Shown: piece by piece, positions 29,011 through 39,283 of the stretch | Layout of the letters: each line of letters starts with the position of its first letter | Position numbering within the stretch: position 1 is the first letter of the stretch | DNA from: Thermoproteota archaeon | GTDB taxonomy: Archaea; Korarchaeota; Korarchaeia; Korarchaeales; JAOZGB01 | Direction of reading: 5' to 3' | Length of the DNA: 64,000 nt | NCBI GenBank assembly: GCA_037917685.1 | Contig: JAVCBU010000016.1 | Location: 1-64,000 of the forward strand | Notes under the pieces: model-generated | What the model was told of the DNA's origin: nothing | Database searches by the model: none | What the model saw: the letters and a program-made list of their open reading frames with translations, nothing else | Translations under genes and position numbers: made by a program

Positions 29011-30207
29011 CTAAGTTCTGTAACTTTTTGGCATCCCTAGGACATGCTCGCCAACGTATGCTAATGCCATCTGCTGGGTTACCGGTGCAAGTCTTATCAG
29101 ATTTATTTCTCTCCACCACCTTTCTACGTCGTATTCTTTAGCGTAGCCGTAGCCACCGAAGCACTGCATGGCCCAGTATACAGCTTTAATCCCGGCTTCG
29201 ACGGCTACTATTTTAGCCATGTTTGCGTATCTTCCAACCTCCCTGTAGTGTGCTTTTTCATCGAAGAGCACCGCTGCCTTGAAGTTCATTAGTCTCGCGG
29301 CCTCCAGGGTCGCATATGCCTCGGCTAGGGGGAACTGCAGTGCTTGATAGCTTCCGATAGGCTCGTCCGCGAACACTCTTCTCTGCTTCGTGTATTCGAC
29401 AGCCTTCCTGATCGCTGCTTTGCTTATTCCTATCGCTGCAGCTGCGAAACTCATTCTCTCCGTGTTAAGGGTATCTAACAGTGTATACCAGCCTTTATCG
29501 AGTGGAGGTATTAAGGCGTTCTCAGGCAGTCTAAGATCATTGATGCTAACTTCGCAGCTCTTAGAATAGTTTATTCCATGCTTTGGTATAGGGCTGACCT
29601 CAACAGCGGGATTGGGCAGGTCTGCAATGAACAGGCTAAGCCCGTGCGTCTTCTTCTCCGCTTTATCCCTTGGGGTCGTCCTCGCTATTATCAGCATTCC
29701 CTTTGCCCTATCTGCACCGCTGATGAAGATCTTGGTCCCATTTATAACCCATTCATCCCCTTCTTTAACCGCTGTCGTTTGAGTGTTAAGCGTATTAGTC
29801 CCGGCGTCAGGTTCGGTTAGGGCCATGCAGAACTCAACCTCGCCCCTGGCTATTCCCGGTAAATATTTCTCTTTCTGTTCCTCTGTCCCATGTCTAACTA
29901 TGGTTATCCCTCCTAGAACCTCAGTTAGAATAAGGTACCAGGCCCCAGCCATTCCACATCCGCCGGCGCAAAGCTCTTCCATAGCTATTAAAAGTTCAGT
30001 TATGCCCATCCCAGCGCCTCCATACTCTTCAGGGATAACTATACCTGTAAAGCCGGCATCACCTAGTACCTTCCAGAATTCCTCGGCGAACTCACCTTTT
30101 TCTTCCTTCTCGCGCCAGTACTCCGGGGGAAAGCTTTCAGCAATCTCCCTTGCGGAGCTTGCAATCATCTCCTGCTCCTTGTTAAACCTGAAATCCACAT
30201 AAACCAC
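29011..30207 (-). CDS. Acyl-CoA dehydrogenase
   Basis: ALTEPDAGT, INGTKIFIS, LNTER, QCFGGYGY, VERWWRE. Confidence 0.95.
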   Translation of the reverse strand: MVYVDFRFNKEQEMIASSAREIAESFPPEYWREKEEKGEFAEEFWKVLGDAGFTGIVIPEEYGGAGMGITELLIAMEELCAGGCGMAGAWYLILTEVLGGITIVRHGTEEQKEKYLPGIARGEVEFCMALTEPDAGTNTLNTQTTAVKEGDEWVINGTKIFISGADRAKGMLIIARTTPRDKAEKKTHGLSLFIADLPNPAVEVSPIPKHGINYSKSCEVSINDLRLPENALIPPLDKGWYTLLDTLNTERMSFAAAAIGISKAAIRKAVEYTKQRRVFADEPIGSYQALQFPLAEAYATLEAARLMNFKAAVLFDEKAHYREVGRYANMAKIVAVEAGIKAVYWAMQCFGGYGYAKEYDVERWWREINLIRLAPVTQQMALAYVGEHVLGMPKSYRT

Positions 30208-30369
30208 CCAGCATTTAAACCTATTAACACAAAATAATAAGCTATCTACAAACCCATAACCCTATGTCACTTTGAATACTAACCTAATAAACAACACGAT
30301 AACCTTACATGGTTTAATTAGGAGTTAGAGGTGTCAATATAAAATGGGGATGGTTGGAGTCTCTGCTTG

Positions 30370-31095
30370 CTATATTTCTATTGAGGGCTGCGCTTCCTCC
30401 CCAAATTTCCTGATAACCCAGTCTCTAACGATACGCATGTCTTCCTTCAGCCTTTCTATCTCTTCATCCGTCATTATTCTCTTCTTAGGGTCAGGCTTCT
30501 CGGCTGGCGTACAGTAGATGTCCATCATGTCGCCTTTCGGCTCGTCCACGAAGTGCAGTTTCACTTTAAGACCCGGGTAGACATCCCATGGGTTGATGTC
30601 TAAGAGTCTTGTGGTTATGGTTGTACAGCATCCTTCAACTCTTACATAGGCTAATATGAATGGTAGAGTCTTTAGAAACGGTGTTGCTGAGAAAGCCATC
30701 ACGGAGAAAGTGAATACTTCTCCTCGCAGTGGTAGTTCAACCCACTCCGTCTCTTTCAGCTTACACCCAGGGTTCCAGCAGTGTGCCCTAGGTGGGCAGA
30801 ACGTTAATCCGCAGCTTGGACATCTAGTTCCGTACAGCTTCTTCTCCAGTAATCCTTTAAAGAACTTTGAGATCAGACCGTAGCTGTGATGGTATAGTGT
30901 TCCATGGGGCCTTTGTATGATGAGATATTCTCCCGTTGTTAGCTGGTCAAGCCTGTATCCTCTAGGCCCTTCAGCCAGCCTCCATCCCACTGGAGACCAG
31001 TTCCCCTTAAGCGACCAGGAGTCCCACTCCTTTTTGTACTCCTTGGATTTCAATACCTTTCTCGGCCTATATGCCATTTTAATCACCCCTTTCAA
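30370..31095 (-). CDS. DUF35 Zn-ribbon/OB-fold acyl-CoA-binding partner of the thiolase
   Basis: LYGTRCPSCG...PPRAHC...C, GEVFTFS, PFILAYV. Confidence 0.9.
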   Translation of the reverse strand: MKGVIKMAYRPRKVLKSKEYKKEWDSWSLKGNWSPVGWRLAEGPRGYRLDQLTTGEYLIIQRPHGTLYHHSYGLISKFFKGLLEKKLYGTRCPSCGLTFCPPRAHCWNPGCKLKETEWVELPLRGEVFTFSVMAFSATPFLKTLPFILAYVRVEGCCTTITTRLLDINPWDVYPGLKVKLHFVDEPKGDMMDIYCTPAEKPDPKKRIMTDEEIERLKEDMRIVRDWVIRKFGEEAQPSIEI

Positions 31096-32368
31096 ATATT
31101 ATTACTCCGGACTGACAGCCGGTACCACCGTGGCCTTGGAGAAGAGCTCTTCTAGCTCCACTTAATGCTCTAGCCTTCGTCTTCCACTTATTAGCCGTCT
31201 GCTCGGTTAGCTGCCAGTAGATCTGGACAGCTTGAGCTATCGACGTTGCCCCCACAGGGTGTCCAGCGGCTGTATGGGCTCCACTTATCTGGCATGGAAG
31301 TTCCCCTCCCCATTCCGTCACACCCTCCCTGACAAGCTTCTTACCCTCTCCTCGCTCGCAGAACCTCAGATCTTCGTATATGCAGAGCTCAACACCATCA
31401 TAGGGGTTAAAGAGCTCGGCGAAGTCCAGCTGCTTTACCGGGTTATCTATCTTAGCCATCTTGTAGGCCATGTCTCCTGAAACCCTTATAGAGCCGAAAT
31501 TAGCCATTTCAGGATATGGACTGAGAGGCTTAGTAGCTACGTCCGGATATTTCTCTTCATCCTCAGGGTATAATCCCTTATACATTGGATTGTCAACCCT
31601 GTCCCCGGGCCTCATCGTGTCTGTGCCAAGTCCTACACCTGTAATCCATACAGGTGTGTCTGTGAACTTCCTGGCGTTTTCCTCGCATGTTAGCAGGATG
31701 CATGCGGCTCCGTCACTTATCATCGCACAGTTAAGTGCACGGTAGGGCCATGAGATAAGCCTCGACTTAAGCACATCATCGACTGTTATGAATCCTGTTC
31801 CGTGCTGGCTTCTCCACTGGGAGTAAGGGTTGAAAGTTGCGTTATTATGGTTCTTTACAGCTATCATGGCTAAGTCCTCAATCGTTTCACCATACAGGTA
31901 CATGTGCCTAACCTCAAGTGCAGCATAATATCCGGTGTAATATCCCCCAACTGGGAAGTCGAAGTCTGTATCTGAGGCTGAAGCTATAAATTCATTCACT
32001 TTCGCGGTGTCAAGCTCGCTCATCTTCTCCCAGCCGACAACCAGGACATTTTTGAAGGTACCGGACTTTATGAAGAGGAAGGCGTTGATTATCGCATCTA
32101 CCGGTGTTGCCCCACCAGATTCAACCCTGTAAGCAGGCTTAGGCAGGAGACCTAGATAGTCGTGAACAATCCAGTGGAAACAAAGCTGCTGCTCAAGGTG
32201 ATCGCTGAAGTATGAGTAGATCACCGCATCTATGTCTTCGGGATAGTTTATGTTTGGGTTATCGTTAAGCATCTCCAACACTGCTTCCGCACACATCTCC
32301 TCTTGAAGCTCATAGCGGGGAAGGTCGAACCTCGAAATTCCCCCGCCCACTACGGCTACACGGCCCAA
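31079..32368 (-). CDS. SCP2-type thiolase-like protein lacking the N-terminal catalytic Cys
   Basis: RVESGGAT in place of the usual xCAS; VGWEKM, KNHNNA, ISDGA, GHPVGATS. Confidence 0.88.
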   Translation of the reverse strand: MGRVAVVGGGISRFDLPRYELQEEMCAEAVLEMLNDNPNINYPEDIDAVIYSYFSDHLEQQLCFHWIVHDYLGLLPKPAYRVESGGATPVDAIINAFLFIKSGTFKNVLVVGWEKMSELDTAKVNEFIASASDTDFDFPVGGYYTGYYAALEVRHMYLYGETIEDLAMIAVKNHNNATFNPYSQWRSQHGTGFITVDDVLKSRLISWPYRALNCAMISDGAACILLTCEENARKFTDTPVWITGVGLGTDTMRPGDRVDNPMYKGLYPEDEEKYPDVATKPLSPYPEMANFGSIRVSGDMAYKMAKIDNPVKQLDFAELFNPYDGVELCIYEDLRFCERGEGKKLVREGVTEWGGELPCQISGAHTAAGHPVGATSIAQAVQIYWQLTEQTANKWKTKARALSGARRALLQGHGGTGCQSGVIIFERGD

Positions 32369-32480
32369 AAACTCACCTCAAAACTCCCCACCGACATTTA
32401 AATATAAATTTTGTCTCAAAGCCATCGGCCAAAACATGAGGGGAAGTAACCAAGCCAAGCAATAGCTTCAAGTAATGTTG

Positions 32481-32510
32481 CAAATGTCCTATTCTCAAAT
32501 GTCCTATTCT
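32481..32510. repeat. 15-bp exact tandem duplication in the divergent promoter region
   Basis: caaatgtcctattct x2. Confidence 0.9.
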
Positions 32511-32557
32511 TTTTGTTGTGGGAGTGTTTGTTTTATGCGTAAAAGTAATAAGTAAGA

Positions 32558-33586
32558 GTGACATGTGAAGGCTTGGTGTCCGTGTTGGAGCTGTTGGATA
32601 CCGGTGAGGGGGAGCTCCTCGCCTGGCTTGACCCGGACGAGCGTAGGAGGTTCGTTTCGACTAAGCGGAGGGATCTTTTTGACAAGCGTATGAGCGTTAA
32701 GGATGCTGTCTCAAAGTTTGTTTCCAACGGCTGTTACATCGCCATGGGGGGTTTCGGGCATGTAAGGATCCCGATGGCAATAATATACGAGATTATTAGG
32801 CAGGGGAAACGCGATCTGATTATGGCTGGTAAGACTGCGGTCCACGACTCAGACATTCTGATAGCCTCGGGGTGTGTTAGCAAGATAGAGGTTGCATACG
32901 CCTTTGGGCACGAGTTAAGGGGGCTCTCGCCGGCTTCTCGAAGAGCTGTTGAGGAGGGTAGATGCAAGGTGGTAACTGAATGGTCTAACGCCGCATATCA
33001 GTGGAGATTCCTAGCTGCAGCCATGGGGGTGTCCTTCATCCCGACCAGAGTTACCCTTGGCAGTGACACGTTTAGGAAGAGCTCGGCAAAAATCGTTAGG
33101 GACCCATTTAGCGGTAAACCCGTGTGTCTTGTCCCAGCATGCTATCCAGACGTGGTCTTCATACATGTGCATCGCTGCGATATTTATGGGAACGCGCAGA
33201 TAGACGGTATTCTATGTGAGGATTTTGAGCTTGCAAGGGCGGCTAAGAGGCTGATAATAACAACGGAGGAGATAGTGGATAGTGAGGTGATTAGAAGGGA
33301 GCCGTGGAGGACTGTGATACCTTACTTCCTTGTCGACGCAGTAGTGGAGGTCCCCTACGGGTCTCACCCGTGCAACATGCCGTACTTGTACTACTTTGAT
33401 GAGGAGCATATTGGAGAATGGCTTAAACTTTCAAAAACAGAGGAGGGTGTGCAGAAATACCTTGACAAATATGTGTATGGAGTTGAAGACTTCAGCGAGT
33501 ACCTGGATCTTATTGGAGGTGTCAAGAAACTCAACTACCTTAGAAGACTTGAGCAGTTGAGGGAGGAACTGAGGGTACCATGGTGA
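32558..33586 (+). CDS. Family I CoA-transferase subunit A (glutaconate CoA-transferase-like)
   Basis: GGFGHVRIP, AAAMGVSFIP, IHVHRCDIYGNA, VPYGSHP. Confidence 0.92.
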   Translation: MTCEGLVSVLELLDTGEGELLAWLDPDERRRFVSTKRRDLFDKRMSVKDAVSKFVSNGCYIAMGGFGHVRIPMAIIYEIIRQGKRDLIMAGKTAVHDSDILIASGCVSKIEVAYAFGHELRGLSPASRRAVEEGRCKVVTEWSNAAYQWRFLAAAMGVSFIPTRVTLGSDTFRKSSAKIVRDPFSGKPVCLVPACYPDVVFIHVHRCDIYGNAQIDGILCEDFELARAAKRLIITTEEIVDSEVIRREPWRTVIPYFLVDAVVEVPYGSHPCNMPYLYYFDEEHIGEWLKLSKTEEGVQKYLDKYVYGVEDFSEYLDLIGGVKKLNYLRRLEQLREELRVPW

Positions 33587-33592
33587 TCTGAG

Positions 33593-34363
33593 ATGGGTGA
33601 GAAGAAGTATTCTACTATAGAGCTTATGGCCTGTGTAGCGGCAAGGATCTTGGAGGATAGGAAGTCTGTGTTTGTTGGTACAGGCCTCCCAATGATCGCC
33701 GCTATGCTTGCTCAGAGAATGCATGCACCCAACTTACTAATAATTTTTGAAGCAGGAGGGATAGGTCCTCAGATACCTGTCCTGCCGATTTCAGTTGGCG
33801 ACTCAAGAACCTTCTACAGGGCTGTATCGGCGTCGAGCATGCATGATGTAATGATGCTTGCACAAGCAGGCTGGGTTGACTACGGATTCCTAGGTGCGGC
33901 GCAGATAGACATCTACGGAAACATAAACACAACAGTTATAGGCCAATGGGATAGCCCTAAGGTTAGGCTGCCCGGGAGCGGAGGTTCTAATGATGTCGGC
34001 AGCCTCTCACACAGGATAATAGTGCTCATGAAGCAGGATAGGAGGAGATTCGTTAGGAAGGTTGACTTCATAACAACCCCCGGCTACCTTAACGGTCCAG
34101 GGGCAAGAGAGAGAGCTGGGTTGCCTGAAAATAGTGGGCCCTACAGGGTTATAACCCAACTCGGTATCTATGGCTTCGACGATGAAACTAAGAGGATGAA
34201 GCTAATCTCCCTACACCCAGGGGTAACCATTGAGGATGTGAAGAAGAATTCCCAGTTTGACATAATAATACCTGAGAAAGTGGAAACAACGGAGCCACCT
34301 ACAGATGAGGAACTAAGGATACTTCATGAAATAGATAAAAGCAGGATAATTCTCCGGAAGTAA
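33593..34363 (+). CDS. Family I CoA-transferase subunit B
   Basis: VGTGLP, IFEAG (catalytic Glu), GAAQIDIYGNIN, RLPGSGG. Confidence 0.93.
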   Translation: MGEKKYSTIELMACVAARILEDRKSVFVGTGLPMIAAMLAQRMHAPNLLIIFEAGGIGPQIPVLPISVGDSRTFYRAVSASSMHDVMMLAQAGWVDYGFLGAAQIDIYGNINTTVIGQWDSPKVRLPGSGGSNDVGSLSHRIIVLMKQDRRRFVRKVDFITTPGYLNGPGARERAGLPENSGPYRVITQLGIYGFDDETKRMKLISLHPGVTIEDVKKNSQFDIIIPEKVETTEPPTDEELRILHEIDKSRIILRK

Positions 34364-34763
34364 GTGAACCAACGGGAAACGTGGAATTCTGACTTTAAGC
34401 TCGCCCAGGACAGGGGCAGGGCAGTAGCAACAGGTAGCTTAGTCATACATTTAGAGGAGCAAATGTTCTTTAACTCTTAGAAAGCGGGTAAAGCACGATT
34501 AAAAGCGAAACTTCAATTCTTGTTCCTGTAGGAAGATATAAATCAAGGATTTTAGATTACTACTTGTCATGTGTAGTGACCACGTTTTGGCAAATCATCC
34601 AGCTTTGTTTATATTTCGATTTGCTGGTGAGTGTGAGCCCTTCTTTTCATTGTTTAAAGATGCTAGCGTTTTGTCTGAGATAAATTATTAACATTTCAAA
34701 TTCAATATATAGTGTATATTATCTCAATTAGAGAGGTGCCATCAATTGCATCAATCGGGAGAG

Positions 34764-36632
34764 ATGGTAACCATTGTTTTCCAGCCTTTTGGTAGGAGGG
34801 TTAAGGTTAGGAGGGGGGTAAACCTTCTCGATGCAGCCATCTCCTCTGGGATTAGTATCAGAAGTATATGTGGCGGGAAAGGTAACTGCGGAAAATGTAA
34901 GGTTATTGTTAGAAGGGGTAATGTTGACTTCATATATAATCCCAAGGAGAAGCTTCTCACTGTTGAGGAATTAAAGGCTGGATATGTACTTGCATGTTTA
35001 TCTCTTGTAAACTCAGACTGTGAGGTTTTTGTTCCGCCTGAGAGCAGACTTGAAGGCCAGAGAATCCTGTCAGACGCCCTACTGCCAAAGGTGAAGCTTG
35101 AACCTATAATTAGGAAGATCTACATTCCAGCGGATAAGATAACGGATCTCCGCAGGGAAATGTTGAAAATGGATATACCCATGGATATGGTTAGGGAAGC
35201 TGTAGAAAAGGTTCCAGAATGTGGCCTCTCAGGTGCTTCCCTCACCTACAGGCAGTGGGACGGGAACGTTGACCTTATAGATTTTGAATGTGAGGATACA
35301 GCCGATGAAAATTACGGCCTTGCAGTTGATATTGGAACGACGAAGATAGTGGCATACCTTGTTAATCTGAATAATGGGGAAATCATAGGTAAAGCCTCTG
35401 ACTACAATAAACAGCTAATATACGGTGAAGATATAGTCTCAAGGGTTGGCTATACCATAGAGAAGAAGGATGGAGCCAAGGCCGTGCAGAGGGCTGCTGT
35501 TGAGACCATAAACAGCCTAATACTGAAGCTTATGGCAGAGCATGGTATAAACTGGAGGCACATCTACGATGTGGTGGCAGCTGGGAATACTGTGATGACC
35601 TACCTATTTGCGGGCATCAACGCCCAGCCCCTGCTTGACCCTGGGACACGTGTCCCCCCAGACGCGATTACAATCGACACTGCAGGCATCGATCTAAGGG
35701 TGAATGAGAAGGCCCAGGTATACCTTCTACCATCGGCTGGGAGGTTCCTGGGGGGAGACGCCATAGGAGACATACTTGCTTCAGGGATCTTCAAGGAGGA
35801 TGATGTCTGTGTAATAATAGACATCGGGACGAATGTTGAAGCTATTATGGGGAATAAGGAATGGTTCATAGCTACCACCGCCGCTGCTGGCCCCGCATTC
35901 GAGGGATGGGGCATCCGTTTCGGGATAAGAGCTGTTGAAGGAGCCATTGACAGTGTTAAGATAGACCCTGAAACATTGAAGGCTAAGTATACTGTTATCG
36001 GCGGGGGTAAGCCTAAAGGTATATGTGGCTCAGGCCTGATAGACACTCTGAGTGAACTCTTCACCAACGGGTTAGTTGACAGGCTTGGGAAGATAAACCG
36101 TGAAATAGTAAGCGAGTATATTAGGGAGGGCGAAGATGGGTACGAGTATGTCGTTGTCCCGGCTGAGGAGACCGAGATAGGGAGAGACATAGTAATAACC
36201 GAGAAGGACATTGCAAACCTAATAGATTCTAAGGCGGCAGCCTGCGCTGCTGTTGGGGTGCTTCTGAAAAAGATGAATCTAACTGTCTATGACGTGAAAA
36301 AGATATTTATATGTGGGGCGTTTGGAAGCTACCTAAACCTCAACAGTGCTATAGCTATAGGGCTTATACCCGAGTTTCCAAATGCCGAAGTAAAGTATAT
36401 CGGAAACGGCTCCGTTGCAGGGGCATATCTAAGCCTTGTATCCAAATCTTACCGTAAGATAGCTGAGGAGGTTGCACGAAATATAGCATATATAGACCTT
36501 CTCAAGGACAGCGATTTCATGGATGAATATACAGCAGCCTACTTCCTACCGGGGAAGAAGGAACTATTCCCAACATGGTGGGAGGCTAGCAGGAAGATAA
36601 GGAACAAGACAGCTATGATGGGTGTACACTAA
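34764..36632 (+). CDS. acsV: Reductive activator of corrinoid proteins (RACo/AcsV; 2Fe-2S + ASKHA ATPase)
   Basis: CGGKGNCGKC...LAC, DIGTT, GEDIVSR, DIGTN, AGPAFEG, GICGSG, GAFG. Confidence 0.92.
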   Translation: MVTIVFQPFGRRVKVRRGVNLLDAAISSGISIRSICGGKGNCGKCKVIVRRGNVDFIYNPKEKLLTVEELKAGYVLACLSLVNSDCEVFVPPESRLEGQRILSDALLPKVKLEPIIRKIYIPADKITDLRREMLKMDIPMDMVREAVEKVPECGLSGASLTYRQWDGNVDLIDFECEDTADENYGLAVDIGTTKIVAYLVNLNNGEIIGKASDYNKQLIYGEDIVSRVGYTIEKKDGAKAVQRAAVETINSLILKLMAEHGINWRHIYDVVAAGNTVMTYLFAGINAQPLLDPGTRVPPDAITIDTAGIDLRVNEKAQVYLLPSAGRFLGGDAIGDILASGIFKEDDVCVIIDIGTNVEAIMGNKEWFIATTAAAGPAFEGWGIRFGIRAVEGAIDSVKIDPETLKAKYTVIGGGKPKGICGSGLIDTLSELFTNGLVDRLGKINREIVSEYIREGEDGYEYVVVPAEETEIGRDIVITEKDIANLIDSKAAACAAVGVLLKKMNLTVYDVKKIFICGAFGSYLNLNSAIAIGLIPEFPNAEVKYIGNGSVAGAYLSLVSKSYRKIAEEVARNIAYIDLLKDSDFMDEYTAAYFLPGKKELFPTWWEASRKIRNKTAMMGVH

Positions 36633-36643
36633 AAAGGCTATAC

Positions 36644-36961
36644 TTATGTGAAAACTTTATTTCCTGCCCTTACAAGCTTTTCCCATGCTAACTTCGCGTC
36701 CTCCAAGCTTCCGCCTCGCTTGTAATTCCTATAGGCCTCTAGAAACTCCATGAAGGATGTAATTAAACCGGATTTTTCCAAGGTGATGGTTTCATTGTTA
36801 ACGTTTACTTCGCCTATAATGGCGCCTTCAAGCTTTTTTTCAAATCCTAACACGTCTTTCAGGACGATTTTTCCTCCATCTATCCTGGCGACAACGATGT
36901 CTTCTCCTACAAGTTCCTCCGTGCCTGCTTCACTCCTCAAGTATACCTTATACTCGCACAT
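36644..36961 (-). CDS. cooT: CooT-family nickel-binding protein with a C-terminal helical extension
   Basis: MCEYKVYL start (Cys2), EDIV...DGGKIVLKDVLG; located at the end of the cdh locus. Confidence 0.8.
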   Translation of the reverse strand: MCEYKVYLRSEAGTEELVGEDIVVARIDGGKIVLKDVLGFEKKLEGAIIGEVNVNNETITLEKSGLITSFMEFLEAYRNYKRGGSLEDAKLAWEKLVRAGNKVFT

Positions 36962-36981
36962 AGGATCCCCCCTAGCATACA

Positions 36982-37031
36982 TCTCACGGATGGTTTAATA
37001 TTTTGCTCTCACGGATGGTTTAATATTTTGC
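36982..37031. repeat. 25-bp exact tandem duplication upstream of cooT
   Basis: tctcacggatggtttaatattttgc x2. Confidence 0.92.
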
Positions 37032-37104
37032 TTAAACCCCAAAACCTGCAAATAAACGGGATGTCGGATAGAATATGTATAAAATTGGGTGGAGCATCGG
37101 TAGT

Positions 37105-37890
37105 TTATAGTAGGCCTATTTTCCTGGCTATCTTCTGGGCTGCGATTACGGATGGAGAATCCGCTGGGAGCTTTAAAAGAGGTATCCCTTGCATGTTATA
37201 TTTTTCAATGTTTTGGTCGTAGGGGATGTATCCTCCATATTTTACCTTCATTTTTTTGGCTGCATCTATCAAGATTTCGGATAGGTTTTCGTTAAACTTG
37301 TTTCCAACAAGATATAGCTCTTTCACGTTTATATGAACCTCCTCAGTGAGATCTCTAATCCTTCTCGCGGTGTTCAGCCCCATCTTGGAGGGGTCTGTGA
37401 CTATTATCATCTTGTCCACATCATGGTCTGTCCTCCGGCTTATATGTTCTAAGCCAGCCTCCATGTCCATCAGCACTATGTCATAGTTCTCTACTATCGT
37501 GTCAAGAATTCGTGATAGGACACTGTTCACATAGCAGTAACAGCCCTCCCCCTCAGTTCTCCCCATTACAAGCATGTCAAAATCCTGTAGTTCAACCAGT
37601 GTCTCGAATACCCATGCCTCTAAGAGTTCAGACTTTGAAACATCAAGAGGGAAGGTTCCTTCCTCTATTCTCTTCTTTAATAGTGTAGCCATCGATCCTA
37701 CTGTCTTCTCTATCTCAACCCCAATGGTGTCAGGAAGATTCGTAGCGGGATCGGCATCCACTACTAGGATGTCCCCTTTAACCCCTTCTTCAAGCAGAGT
37801 TTTCAAAAGTAAAGCTGCTAGGGTTGTTTTCCCAGCTCCTCCCTTTCCTGAGACTGAGATTACTATGGTCATTAGTCTTCTCCGGGCCAC
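37105..37890 (-). CDS. cooC: CooC/AcsF nickel-insertion ATPase (start probably ATG 37872)
   Basis: GKGGAGKT, DADP, GEGCYC, DMEAGLEHISR. Confidence 0.93.
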   Translation of the reverse strand: MARRRLMTIVISVSGKGGAGKTTLAALLLKTLLEEGVKGDILVVDADPATNLPDTIGVEIEKTVGSMATLLKKRIEEGTFPLDVSKSELLEAWVFETLVELQDFDMLVMGRTEGEGCYCYVNSVLSRILDTIVENYDIVLMDMEAGLEHISRRTDHDVDKMIIVTDPSKMGLNTARRIRDLTEEVHINVKELYLVGNKFNENLSEILIDAAKKMKVKYGGYIPYDQNIEKYNMQGIPLLKLPADSPSVIAAQKIARKIGLL

Positions 37891-39278
37891 TTTTCTGCCA
37901 AGAACTTAGGTATACCTGAAGAGTCCAGCGGCCCCACTAGAACCTTCCATCCTGAGACTTCCTCTATTTCGCCTGATAGTCTCGAAGCACGGCCTGGGAT
38001 TATCAGCTTTCTATGCTTAACCTTATCTCCGACACCTGACTCCTTAAGCGCCTCAGCCACGAGGTCAGCGGTGAGCTTCCTCCCGGCAACAGCACTTTCA
38101 ACAGATAAGCCTTCTGTGTCAACCACCAGTAGATAGCAGTTTATCTTCGCTGCTTCCAGGTCTGAGAGTACAGTATAGTATGTTAGGGCGAAGTTTGTTG
38201 TGAACATTACTGGTGAGTTCTCGTCGGGGTCCCCTACAACTCTTAGCCCTGGCTCAACTGAGACAGGCTTTCTCGGGTCGGTGTATATGTTATCCCTAAG
38301 GATTAGTAGAGGCAGTATAGCCCATCCTTCGATGCTATGCATTATTATCAGGTCTACGAATCTTACTATTAGGTTGGCTGCTGTACATGCCTCCCACCAG
38401 CTTTTCTCATTCCTGTCTCCATCTACCACGAGCCATGTGGTAACTGTGGATCCTACAAGTGGGTGTCCCGCAAGCTCGTATCCCTCTTTACATGCTTTCC
38501 ATCTAAGCATTGTATACGCGTTTAGGCTATGGCTTAGATACTCCCTCGGGAGCGTGCCTGGGTCAAGAGCTATTTCTTCAAGTCCCATGGAAGTGGCTGT
38601 CTTAGCTAGCGACACAAGCTTGTCGAGGTCGTGGGATAGCAGGGTTAGGGGAACCTTGTATTTTAGGCTGAGATCCATCATTTCAGGCCAGTTGTCAGCG
38701 GTTGCAGCGTATACGAGTGGCTTTTTGTCTGCTATAATTTTGAGGGCTTCCTCGATTGCTTTAGGGTTCAGGCTGCAGAGTACTAGGGGCCAGCTGGTCT
38801 GGTCTGCCACTAGCTTAACTGTCTTAGAGAAGAGTTCCGGGTTATTGCTTGTGCATCTAACAGCAAACATGTCTAGCATTATATCCTTCCCGATGTAGTT
38901 GTACTTTAGGCTTTCAACCTTCCTTATTCTCTCTACTACCGCGTCGTCGGGCATGGTGTCCGGGATATCTATGGCTATCGGGGTAGGGTTGAGATAGGTG
39001 AGTTCATGCCTGTACATTATGTATTCTCCGCCTATTTTAACGGCTTTCTCGCCGACTCCTACTGTGATCTCTGCGACTGCAGGCTTCAATATCGACTTTA
39101 TCTGCTCGTATCCAGACTTGTACTCAGGGGTTAGCAGGGGCTTGCACTGCTCCACTATTGCCTCCATGTTTACAAGCTTTATGGCGAGTGCCATGCAAGT
39201 TGATTCTCCACATTCTCCACAGTTCGTCCTTGGGAGAAGCTTGTATATGTCCATTGGGCTTACTCTCTTAATAGACAT
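37872..39278 (-). CDS. cdhE: ACDS gamma subunit (corrinoid Fe-S protein large subunit)
   Basis: LPRTNCGECGESTCMALA, IYTDP, TTNFALTY, AVAG. Confidence 0.97.
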   Translation of the reverse strand: MSIKRVSPMDIYKLLPRTNCGECGESTCMALAIKLVNMEAIVEQCKPLLTPEYKSGYEQIKSILKPAVAEITVGVGEKAVKIGGEYIMYRHELTYLNPTPIAIDIPDTMPDDAVVERIRKVESLKYNYIGKDIMLDMFAVRCTSNNPELFSKTVKLVADQTSWPLVLCSLNPKAIEEALKIIADKKPLVYAATADNWPEMMDLSLKYKVPLTLLSHDLDKLVSLAKTATSMGLEEIALDPGTLPREYLSHSLNAYTMLRWKACKEGYELAGHPLVGSTVTTWLVVDGDRNEKSWWEACTAANLIVRFVDLIIMHSIEGWAILPLLILRDNIYTDPRKPVSVEPGLRVVGDPDENSPVMFTTNFALTYYTVLSDLEAAKINCYLLVVDTEGLSVESAVAGRKLTADLVAEALKESGVGDKVKHRKLIIPGRASRLSGEIEEVSGWKVLVGPLDSSGIPKFLAEKWPGED

Positions 39279-39283
39279 CTCGC

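Noticed and set aside
16086-34396. AATTCTGACTTT shared between 16086/16106 and 34385
   Set aside because: Many 12-mer matches are expected by chance in 64 kb.
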